From Macrostomum lignano (lineage: Eukaryota): a DNA stretch of 64,000 nt. Positions 37,110 to 59,529 of the stretch are shown here, piece after piece (position 1 is the stretch's first letter; each line of letters opens with the position of its first letter). Below the pieces are notes generated by a model. That model was not told the DNA's origin. It was given only the letters and a program-made list of their open reading frames with translations, and ran no database searches. The stretch is taken from contig NIVC01001938.1 in NCBI GenBank assembly GCA_002269645.1, positions 156,232-220,231 of the forward strand, given 5' to 3'. Made by a program: the position numbers and the translations under genes.

Positions 37110-37975
37110 TGCCTCAGCTAATCAAGCTACCCAATGTCCTTCAGGGCCTCAGCTAATCAATACCCAATGTCCTTCAGGGCCTCAGCTAATCAATACCCAA
37201 TGTCCTTCAGGGCCTCAGCTAATCAAGCTACCCAATGTCCTTCAGGGCCTCAGCTAATCAAGCTACCCAATGTCCTTCAGGGCCTCAGCTAATCAAGCTA
37301 CCCAATGCCCTTCAGGGCCTCAGCCACAAGCTACCCAATGCCCCTCAGGGCCTCAGCTAATCAAGCTACCCAATGCCCTTCAGGGCCTCAGCCACAAGCT
37401 ACCCAATGCCCTTCAGGGCCTCAGCCACAAGCTACCCAATGCCCTTCAGGGCCTCAGCCACAAGTTACCCAATGCCCTTCAGGGCCTCAGCCACAAGCTA
37501 CCCAATGTCCTTCAGGGCCTCAGCTAATCAAGCTACCCAATGTCCTTCAGGGCCTCAGCTAATCAAGCTACCCAATGTCCTTCAGGGCCTCAGCTAATCA
37601 AGCTACCCAATGTCCTTCAGGGCCTCAGCTAATCAAGCTACCCAATGTCCTTCAGCGCCTCAGCTAATCAAGCTACCCAATGTCCTTCAGCGCCTCAGCT
37701 AATCAAGCTACCCAATGTCCTTCATGGCCTCAGCTAATCAAGCTACCCAATGCCCTTTAGGGCCTCAGCTAATCAAGCTACCCAATGTCCTTCAGGGCCT
37801 CAGCTAATCAGGCTACCCCCAATGTCCTTCAGGGCCTCAGCTAATCAGGCTACCCCCAATGTCCTTCAGGGCCTCAGCTAATCAGGCTACCCCCAATGTC
37901 CTTCAGGGCCTCAGCTAATCAGGCTACCCCCAATGTCCTTCAGGGCCTCAGCTGCAAGCTACCCATTGTCCTTCA
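37110..37975. repeat. 35-bp minisatellite between ASCC3 and Lhx1/5
   Basis: Unit GCTACCCAATGTCCTTCAGGGCCTCAGCTAATCAA with 31-37-bp variants; ends ~270 bp upstream of the Lhx1/5 ATG. Confidence 0.97.
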
Positions 37976-38247
37976 TGAAGGAGTCTCCGCTCTGGGTCTT
38001 CAAGATTTTCAAGACTCCAAGAGCGGTTTCTCTACAACTTAAAAAAATTAACCGAATGTCTGCTGTCCCAACCAGTCAGGCAACGAAATGGCCCAACTAG
38101 CCAATCAGCGATCGCCATGCGCCTAATATGGGCACTTCACTGCGCGTCCATTGAATAAGCGAGCTGTTTCGCTAGGACTTCTGTCAATAGTTACAGCTAT
38201 CTATTGACTTGGCTTGGGCTTGGCTCACACACAACCAGTTTAAGATA

Positions 38248-49886
<11,639 letters not shown>

Positions 49887-50157
49887 CGAAATTAGGCTGA
49901 CATTGAAACTGTCAATAACATTTTGATGAAAAATTGATAAACATCTAATAATCCAATTATCATATTGAAATCTCTCGCTTTAATTCTTAAAGCAACCATT
50001 CATAACTTGTGAAAACAGCTTCTATTGCATATGCTGTGCTATTAGTTCCATTCAGACTAAGTTATTCTGGCAATTAAATAGTAAAAACAAAAATGTTGTT
50101 ACAAATATTGTGCTGACAACTGCTTGTAATTGTTCATCATTTGTTCATTCGAGGCTC

Positions 50158-50830
50158 CACTCTCCCACACTCTCCCACACTCTCCCACACACTCCCACAC
50201 TCTCCCACACTCTTCCACACTCTCCCACACTCTCCCACACTCTCCCACACTCTCCCACACTCTCCCACACTCTCCCACACACTCCCACACTCTCCCACAC
50301 TCTCCCACACTCTCCCACACTCTTCCACACACTCCCACACTCTCCCACACTCTCCCACACTCTCCCACACACTCCCACACTCTCCCACACTCTCTCACAT
50401 TCCCACATACTCCCACACTCTCACACACTCTGCCACACACTCCCACACTCTCCCACACTCTCCCACACTCTCCCACACTCTCCCACACTCTCACACACTC
50501 TCCCACACACTCCCACACTCTCCCACACTCTCTCCCACTCTCCCACACACTCTCCCAAACTCTCCCACACACTCACACACACTCCCACACTCTTCCACAC
50601 TCTCCCACACACTCCCACAATCTCCCACAGTCTCTTTCACTCTCTTATACACTCCCACACTCCCACACACTCTGCCACACACTCTTCCACACTCTCCCAC
50701 ACTCGCACACTTTACCAAACTCTCCCACAATCTCTCCCACAGTCTCCCACACTCTCTCCCGCACTCTCCCGCACACTCTCCCCCACACACTCTCCCACAC
50801 ATTCCCACACTCTCCAACACTAACCCACAC
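50158..50830. repeat. 10-bp repeat (TCTCCCACAC)n downstream of Lhx1/5
   Basis: Regular at the 5' end, increasingly degenerate towards the 3' end. Confidence 0.97.
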
Positions 50831-51254
50831 CAAGAAATCGCTTATCTGTTTCTCCCCTTATCCCAAAGCCCCGACACGCCAACACGGGCGGTCTCCAAAC
50901 TGCCCTAATCTCAAAGCAGACACCTGACTAAGGAAGCGAATGTCGAATTTACAGGAAATTCTGCAAGATAAAGACGTATTTGCTTGGTAAATCCTGCTGA
51001 GAGCGTCGTGCTCATGCGGAAGAGATTAGCAGATCTCACTTTCTATTTTGTTAGACTTTAATATCGGCCGTTTAAATGACCAGTTTTTTAATCAGGTTTT
51101 GTTAATCCTTTATTACCCGCGGTTCGTGAAATCCCAGCAGGTCATTGAGATTAGGAGACGAAAAATATTTGTTACTCCAGTGGCTTAAATAAATTTTTTA
51201 TTTGAGGAATTATGCCTGGGATAGATGAAGGGCGAGTAGCTTTTCTTGATCCCC

Positions 51255-51905
51255 ACCCTCCATCCTCCGAATCTGCCCCAATCCTCCGAATCTGCCTCAA
51301 TCCTCAGAATCTGCCTTCATCCTCCGAATCTGCCCCAATCCTCCGAATCTGCCTCAATCCTCCGAATCTGCCCCAATCCTCCGAATCTGCCCCAATCCTT
51401 CGAATCTGCCTCCATCTCCCCGAATCTGCCTCAATCCTCCGAATCTGCCTCAATCCTCCGAATCTGCCTCAATCCTCCGAATCTGCCTCAATCCTTCGAA
51501 TCTGCCCCAATCCTCAGAATCTGCCTCAATCCTTCGAATCTGCCCCAATCCTCAGAATCTGCCTCAATCCTCAGAATCTGCCCCAATCCTCAGAATCTGC
51601 CTCAATCCTCAGAATCTGCCCCAATCCTCCGAATCTGCCTCAATCCTCAGAATCTGCCCCAATCCTCCGAATCTGCCTCAATCCTCCGAATCTGCCCCAA
51701 TCCTCCGAATCTGCCCCAATCCTCCGAATCTGCCCCAATCCTCCGAATCTGCCCCAATCCTCCGAATCTGCCCCAATCCTCCGAATCTGCCCCAATCCTC
51801 CGAATCTGCCCCAATCCTCTGAATCTGCCTCCATCTCCCCGAATCTGCCCCAATCCTCCGAATCTGCCTCAATCCTTTGAATCTGCCTCAATCCTCTGAA
51901 TCTGC
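51255..51905. repeat. 19-bp minisatellite
   Basis: Unit CCTCCGAATCTGCC(C/T)CAAT. Confidence 0.97.
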
Positions 51906-51909
51906 CCCA

Positions 51910-52140
51910 CATAGACAGCGTAGATAGCATAGATAGCATAGATAGCATAGATAGCATAGATAGCATAGATAGCATAGATACGCTCGTAGCATAGATAGCA
52001 TAGATAGCATAGATAGCATAGATAGCATAGATAGCATAGATAGCATAGATAGCATAGATAGCATAGATAGCATAGATAGCATAGATAGCATAGATAGCAT
52101 AGATAGCATAGATAGCATAGATAGCATAGATAGCATAGAT
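51910..52140. repeat. 9-bp repeat (ATAGATAGC)n directly abutting the 19-bp array
   Basis: Near-perfect 9-bp unit with one CGCTCG interruption at ~51980. Confidence 0.97.
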
Positions 52141-52557
52141 ATCGCATATCCGGTTTAGGCATCTGGATGATGCAAATATCCGACTAGCACAGGTTCAGAA
52201 CAGGTCTTCCTTAATTTTCGTTGTTTCAATCTACTCAAAATAGACCTCAAATTGGAATTTTCTTATTTCCTATTCAGTATTTTTCGCTTCTCAATTGGGA
52301 AGCCAAATTGAATCAATGGCTGCTTAGGAAAGGGTTATGATTTCCTCAATCGGGGGTAATTCACGGACACAAGATGTGAGGCTAAAAACAGGTGAAACAG
52401 TGAATAATTTTTTTGCTTTCCGAAGATCATGACTCATCGTCAATCATGGCCAGGCGTGTTGGAAAATCTTTATCAAAATAATTTGCCAGATTTACATTGC
52501 TAGCGAAAGAAGTATCAATAGATTAGGGAGAGAGATTTAAAATCAGTTCAAGTAGAG

Positions 52558-52965
52558 TTTGAGAAGTAGAGTGAGGAGAGAAGTAGAGCGGGGATAGAAG
52601 TAGAGTGGGGAGAGAAGTAGAGCGGAGAGAAGTAGAGCGGGGAGAGAAATAGAGCGGGGAGAGAAGTAGAGCGGGGAGAGAAGTAGAGCGGAGAGAAGTA
52701 GAGCGGAGAGAAATAGAGCGGGGAGAGAAGTAGAGCGGAGAGAAGTAGAGCGGGGAGAGAAATAGAGCGGGGAGAGAAGTAGAGCGGGGAGAGAAGTAGA
52801 GCGGAGAGAGCAGTAGAGCGGGGAGAGAAATAGAGCGGGGAGAGAAGTAGAGCGGGGAGAGAAGTAGAGCGGGGAGAGAAGTAGAGCGGGGAGAGAAGTA
52901 GAGCGGGGAGAGAAGTAGAGCGGTGAGAGAAGTAGAGCGGGGAGAGCAGTAGAGTGGGGAGAGAG
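52558..52965. repeat. 16/17-bp purine-rich minisatellite
   Basis: Unit GAGAGAA(G/A)TAGAGCGG(G). Confidence 0.96.
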
Positions 52966-53148
52966 AGCAACAAGGTAACATCTGACATCAGAGTGGCATC
53001 TCAAATTCATCGGCCTCGCTATCCAAATTTTGCCCAATTAGTTCTCTTAACATTCACCAAGCGCGTCTCTGTACCGCATCAGGAAATGTAGAAGCATTTG
53101 CTGTGTCTGGGGAATTGCCCTGGGATTCCCAGGCGTTCAGTTTGTGGA

Positions 53149-53190
53149 GCATGAGGCTAATTTGAACGGAGGTTCAAATTAGCCTCATGC
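53149..53190. other. Perfect 19-bp stem / 4-nt loop inverted repeat
   Basis: GCATGAGGCTAATTTGAAC-GGAG-GTTCAAATTAGCCTCATGC. Confidence 0.9.
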
Positions 53191-53761
53191 CCTCCTGGGA
53201 CAAGTTTATTCAAAACGGTTTTGAAGACGATTCTGACACTTTCTTGGACCAGTTTGGCTTCAGCTGAGTTTTGTAGTTAACCTTTTAATTTTCATCAATT
53301 TTTTAGCAAATTTGAATATCGTGTAATTTTCGATTTCAAATTGTAAACGAACAAGCGCCTGCCATCGAGAGAAAACTTTATTGAGACTCCAGGCTATCCC
53401 AAATAAATTTTGCAGCTTATTTCTCCTTCCGTACTACACTACTGCCGGTGTCTGTCAGTAGTGTGTAAAACATTTTTTGTCTGTGTCAATTCTGCCCATT
53501 CCGCTGACTCCTGAGCCATAAATTAATTTGGCCGCGCTCTGTCCACGCCATATTAAGCTTTTCTTCTCTAACTTATGAGAATTCCGCATCACTAGAGGCT
53601 GGCTCAAAACAGTTTCAGAACCGCGGATAGTCTATGGTAGTTATTGGTGACTAAGAACGATGTAGCATTCTCGTTCGACTGAGCTTCAAGATCCGTAGTT
53701 AGGGTTTGTTTTATTTTTATGTGGTCCATAAGTTTCTAGCAACTTCTCGCCGAGCTCACTA

Positions 53762-54789
53762 ATGAATCCGACTTCGCCCAGATCGAAATCATTGGCACGC
53801 GGCGCCCTACCACAGAAGCGGCCACAGTCTGGTCAAGCTTCCGTGACGTCATCTCCAGCCAGAAACTCGCCATCAATGGTTGCTGCTAGGCCAGTCGGAA
53901 TTGGCAGCGTTCAGAAGTCGGCGGGCTCGCCCGGAGTACGAGATCTGCGAAGGTGAGCTGGGCTTTGCAGACTGCACTGCAGTGCACTGTAATGCAGTAC
54001 TAGTTAAACTGAGTATGTCATGAGTTCGCAAAACCTCCGGCTCCGCAGGCGAGCGTTGCAGAACTTCAAGCTGGGCAAAAGTCGAGCTCCAGTTCCAGTT
54101 GCCCCGGCTGCAGTTGCACCTGCTGATGACTCGGCTGCTAGTGCAGGTCGTACCGGAAGCGAGACCGTTGGCTTGAATGATGAGGTAACTAACTATAAGA
54201 TAGTGGGCTGGCTCAACGGACTAACGTAGCTTAGTTAAAAGGACATCCACATGTAGCTCGTAAAGGTTAATTGTTAAGTCAATAGGTACTTTGGTTGGAT
54301 AGTTTGTTGGTGAACAAGACGAATATTATTGAGAACTTCTGCTCCTATGGACAGAGGACTTGTTTGGCATGGCTTGACTCCGTTCTCCGTCGCAAAAGAC
54401 TCTGTTAGACAGACTCAATACGGTCTGATGATGCTAGGAGCGAAGCGTCCTCGTCTGTGCTCTTCAGTCCTAAGATACCTACGTGTCTCCGTGTTGTTCT
54501 TCCCTATCTTTTCTCCGTGCCAATTGTAGAAAGAGCAGCAACAACAGCAGCCAAACGATTCGGCAATCTTCTGGCACGAGATGAGTCGAACGTCCGAAAT
54601 GCTCACCAGCGCCCTCGAAGACGAGACCAGACGAATGCGGGCTGGCAGTGGAAATGAGGATCGCCAGACTGGTGGCTCGATGGCAACCGTTGTGGAATTG
54701 CGTAATCTTCTGAGCGAAGTGGAAAAACTAAAGCAGATCCAGCGACAGCGACAGCAGCAGCAACAACAACAAAAACCACCACCACCACC

Positions 54790-54823
<34 letters not shown>

Positions 54824-57800
54824 CCACAAACGCAACAACAAAAACAACAACCACAGCAGCAGCATCAGGAGGACGAGCAGCAGCAGCTAAAACAGTTTCT
54901 AAATCTAACTACCGATAGTCAGCATGTTGTTTCAGTTGAGATCAATCGAATCCTTCGAGTACTTGACGCTTTACAACGCCGAGGCCTTCAGCACCACGTT
55001 GCATTGTCCGCCGCAGAAATACTCAGCCTACGCGACTCAATTCGTCGAATGAATCCGTCAGCGTTGAGCTGCGCGGACATCGAACTGCTGTCTAACGCTC
55101 GAGAGCTTGTCGCTTGCGTTGGTGGAAAGCTGGCCGAGCAGCTGCGCCAGCGACAGCAGCAGCAGCCGCAGCAAAAACAGAAGCAGCACCAGCACCAGCA
55201 GCAGGCTTCCGTCAGGTTAGTCTTCAGTTGAGTTTTAAAACTTTTAGCTATAGCTTCATCAAACAGGAGGTTGTAGCCCAGTGGCTAGAGCGTCGGACTC
55301 ACCAATTGAAGGTCGGGGGTTCGACTCCCGATCTCACTGGAACAATTTGTGTCCTTGAGCAAGACACTTAACTCTGCATTGCTTCAGTTCACCCAGCTGT
55401 AAAATGGGTGCCAGCATTAGCTGGGGTGATTGACTGTGCGTGTGGCGACCCCCCGTCCTTGGACTGAACAGCCGTACGCAGCCTTCAGATGCGCCGCGCA
55501 ATAGCTGCGGCTGAGCTGTCGGTTTCACACCTGCCCCAATTGAGGGCAGGTGTAATCAATTAGTTTTATTCATTATTCATCAGAAAAGTCCGAGCGGATG
55601 TCAGAGAAAGGCAGTTGAAAATATTCATGCTCCACTATGGTTGCGATGCTCGCGCCACAAACATCCAGGTCTCTCGATCGTCTGCCCCAGATGGAGGCAC
55701 GGCAGCAGCAGCAGCGGTCGAACCTGCTTCAGCCAATACACCAGCTCAAGGCCAACTATCAAGCCAAATCGAATCAGTCATTGAGGGGCTACGCCAGCTC
55801 AACACAACAACGGATCATCCAAGTGATCGACCGTTCAAAAACGGAGAAGTTCAAGGCCTGATCCGCGATCTGAGAACAGTCACGGCGGACAATGCAACCG
55901 AGGTTGACCGGCTGCTCATTCAGCAGCTGGGCGAGAAAATCCGCAGCGTCCGAGAGCAGTCGGCAGAGAATCGAGTAGCCGACACGGCCGAGTCTGGTCC
56001 CGACAAGCACCGGGTTCAGAATTTGAAAATTGCTGACGAGTTGCAGTTGTGGGAGCAGACACCTGCTGGACAGCAGCAGTCGCTTACGGAGCAGCCTGAG
56101 GCGGCAACTCCGGCCAAGTCGGAGTCGGCGGCGACAAACGCGCACTCGTCTCAGGTGTCGCCGACCAACGACAAGTCGGCAAAGGCGGTGCGTTTGAAGA
56201 ATACTGATGAGGCGGTACAGCAGCAGGAGCAGCGGCGGCCCAGGCACTGCGCTCGTGCCTCAAGCCGGTCAGCTGGAAGCCCGCAACCGAGTCGCAAACA
56301 GTAAAAAACGACAACGAATCGCGTCCTAGCAGAGGCCGTGAGTTTTGGTCGGGAATGCGGCATCTTTTTCATTTTGTTTTTGCCTCTCTATATTGCAGAC
56401 TGTGCATGCCTGACCATGGTAGACAGATTTTATGGTGGGGAGACAAAGCCAACAATTCAACATGTACATGCCAAAATTCCTACATTTCCATTATTTTGAG
56501 AATCGTGTTGTCAGCGCTCGCTTTGACGCTACAGGCACTCATTTTAGCGCCACAGGCACTCATTTTGGTGCCGCAGGCACTCATTTTAGCGCCACAGGCA
56601 CTCATTTTAGCGCCACAGGCACTCATTTTAGCGCCACAGGCACTCATTTTAGCGCCACAGGCACTCATTTTGGTGCCGCAGGCACTCATTTTAGCGCCAC
56701 AGGCACTCATTTTAGCGCCGCAGTCACTCATTTTAGCGCCACAGGCACTCATTTTAGCGCCACAGGCACTCATTTTAGCGCCACAGGCACTCATTTTAGC
56801 GCCACAGGCACTCATTTTAGCGCCACAGGCACTCATTTTAGGGCCGCAGGCACTCATTTTAGCGCTGCAGGCACTCATTTTAGCGCTGCAGGCACTCATT
56901 TTAGCGCCACAGGCACTCATTTTAGCGCCGCAGTCACTCATTTTAGCGCCGCAGGCACTCATTTTAGCGCCACAGGCACTCATTTTAGCGCCACAGGCAC
57001 TCATTTTAGCGCTGCAGGCACTCATTGCACCGCAGGCACTCATTTTAGCGCTGCAGGCACTCATTTTAGCGCCACAGGCACTCATTTTAGCGCTGCAGGC
57101 ACTCATTTTGGTGCCGCAGGCACTCATTTTAGCGCCGCAGGCACTCATTTTAGCGCTGCAGGCACTCATAGCACCGCAGGCACTCATTTTAGCGCTGCAG
57201 GCACTCATTTTAGCGCTGCAGGCACTCATAGCACCGCAGGCACTCATTTTAGCGCTGCAGGCACTCATTTTAGCGCTGCAGGCACTCATTTTGGTGCCGC
57301 AGGCACTCATTTTGGTGCCGCAGGCACTCATTTTAGCGCTGCAGGCACTCATTTTGGTGCCGCAGGCACTCATTTTGGTGCCGCAGGCACTCATTTTGGT
57401 GCCGCAGGCACTCATTTTTAGCGCCGCAGGCATTAATTTTGGCGCCGAAGGCGCTATATTTCGGCGACCTGAAGAAAAATTATTGATTACCACAACGGTT
57501 CACAAGGTTGTGAACCGTTTTTTACTGTTTGCGCATTGGCATGTCCCCCCATAGCTTTTACCGAAGGGGACATGTCCCCTCATAGCTTTTACCGAAGGGG
57601 ACATGTCCCCTCATAGCTTTTACCGAAGGGGACATGTCCCCCTGACCCCCCGCGATGGCGACGCGCCGATGGTAAAGTCAGACGCAGTTAACCCAAACAA
57701 ACAACATCTGCCCTAGCTAGAGATAAAAAGCAGGAAAAAGATTAGCGAACTACCAACAAAAATACTGCCGATATGACTAAAACAGACTGGGTGCAAAATG

Positions 57801-59416
57801 GAACAACGGGTGTTGGGAAGATGCGCCTCAAATACGGGAGACGAAGTCAATGCAGATAAAGAGAGCTATATAGGAAAGCATTGGATGAGGCTTATCGCAT
57901 GCTACACTTATCAAGTAATACTTGTTTGCATATACTCTCCAAGGCTCAGCCCTGCCACTTTGTATGTAGCATCGCATTCAGTTCCTCTCAGACAGGCCTC
58001 GCCACTTTTCCTACGGGACAGCAACTGCTGACTGCGAATATTTTATCCATATTTTATTGCCTTCCCCTTTATAGGCAAAGACCGGGGGGGAGGGGTGGCG
58101 GCATAATAATTATGTGGAATTTTATACGCTTCACCAATGAAGAAAAGTTTACGGACTAGCTCTCCAGAACATGCGGCTGGCGATGCTGTCTGGCTGTCCC
58201 AAATTTAATGTGCCTTACTCGATCTGTCTACTAAATCCAGTGTAATTCAATCCATTAACTTTGCTTATCCTGACCCACGAGGGAGGCGATTCTCATCATC
58301 ATCAGTGAGTTGAGGGCGATTCTCATCATCATCAGTGAGTTGAGGGCGATTCTCATCATCATCACTGAGTTGAGGGCGATTCTCATCACGGAGTTGAGGG
58401 CGATTCTCATCACTGAGTTGAGGGCGATTCTCATCACTTAGTTAAGTGAGCATTCAAGGCTCGTTCACAGCAGCGCTCACTGCTCAAAAGGCAAAAATCC
58501 GAGTATCCTAACGGCATCGCTAACGAAGCCTTGTCAACCACCGACCGCCCACTCTCATTGGCGCACAACCGCAGGCTCTGTACTCAGAGGCTTCATCAAA
58601 CGACTCGGCGGCAAAAGCGGCAGCCGGGGTCGCCGAAGAAGCAGCAGTGCCGGCAGCGGCAGCGGCGCTCGATCGCAGAGCGCCGTCGGCCGAGTTTTCA
58701 AAGCGCTCTTCGGCGGCGGCGGCGGCGGCGGCGCCAGCGGCAAGCACCGACGCCGATCCGCCGGCGCCGCAAAGAGTCGTCGCCATCGCCGGCATCGACG
58801 GAGTCGCGGCGCCGGTCGCAGCCGCAGCAGGCATCCGCGGAGGAAAATCCGCAGTCGCAGTAGCAGCAGCACTAGGAGCAGCAACAGCAGCAGCAGCAGC
58901 ATAAGCAGCAGCGATAGCGACATCGACAGCAGACGCAAGCGCAGGCGCCATCGGCGACACAGGCGCCGGTGTCGACACCAGACAGCGCGCCAGCGACGCA
59001 GAAGCAGCAGCCGGAATCATCGAGTATCGGCTGACAACGGCGAAGGAGTCGGCGAAGGAGGCGGTGGCGGCGGCAGGGGAGATGATTCCTCCGACTGCTC
59101 CTACAGCACCGGCTCGCAGTCATCAATGGCTTCGTCTGCATCATCGTCGACAACATCTTCTGAGGCTGCTCGCATCTCCGCCGCCAAGCTGGAGCCGATG
59201 GATCTGATGGACATCCGTGAGACCCTGCTGCGGCTCACCAACTATTGGGAGTGCCAGAAGTGGAGGAACAGCGCCCGAGACAGCGGTGGCAGCGGCGCTG
59301 GTGGTAAACAAGGAGGCGGCCGTCAACCAGACGACGATTTGAACAGTCTGGACAGTCGGCTAGCAGCGGCGGTGGTGCGGATGCACGGCCTGGACAAGCC
59401 AAAGACAGAGAAATGA
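53762..59416 (+). CDS. Uncharacterised low-complexity protein; join(53762..53952,54049..54184,54530..55215,55584..56187,56244..56337,58575..59416), ~850 aa
   Basis: Six open segments join through GT-AG introns with matching phases (2,0,2,0,1) into one frame. Contains poly-Q/P, amphipathic helical blocks and an R/S/H-rich last exon. The start codon, the 55583 acceptor and the 56-nt intron at 56188-56243 are inferred. No family recognised. Confidence 0.6.
55262..55575 (+). mobile_element. tRNA-derived CORE-type SINE with 7-bp TSD
   Basis: A box TAGCCCAGTGG (55274) and B box GGTTCGACTCC (55318). GTGTCCTTGAGCAAGACACTTAAC...CAGCTGTAAAATGGG resembles the CORE domain of MIR-like SINEs. A 3' 10-bp stem-loop lies at 55527-55553, followed by a short AT-rich tail. 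TTCATCA occurs at 55255-55261 and 55576-55582. Confidence 0.85.
56520..57430. repeat. 21-bp minisatellite in the last intron of the uncharacterised gene
   Basis: Unit GCAGGCACTCATTTTAGCGC(C/T), ~43 copies. Confidence 0.98.
57538..57642. repeat. 31-bp tandem repeat containing the palindrome GGGGACATGTCCCC
   Basis: ACCGAAGGGGACATGTCCCC recurs at 57560, 57591 and 57622. Confidence 0.92.
58280..58438. repeat. 21-30-bp minisatellite, GAATCGCCC family in reverse orientation
   Basis: GAGGGCGATTCTC(ATC)1-4A(G/C)TGAGTT, 6 copies with a shrinking ATC tract. Confidence 0.93.
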
Positions 59417-59529
59417 CTCACCGCTGATGCAATGAAGACTGCGGCACCGCTAAGCCAGTTTCATACGGCTGCTGGCCTCAGTTGATTCACGAGATTTTCT
59501 TGCCTGTTTGCAAGTTTTAGCGACGTTGT

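Noticed and set aside
55266-55337. Possible tRNA gene
   Set aside because: A and B boxes are present, but the anticodon and T stems pair poorly, and the sequence continues into a CORE-like domain, stem-loop, tail and TSD, so it is a SINE head.
58520-59156. Overlapping alternative ORFs on both strands
   Set aside because: GC-rich low-complexity sequence opens several frames; only one frame is continuous from the 58574 acceptor to the 59416 stop.
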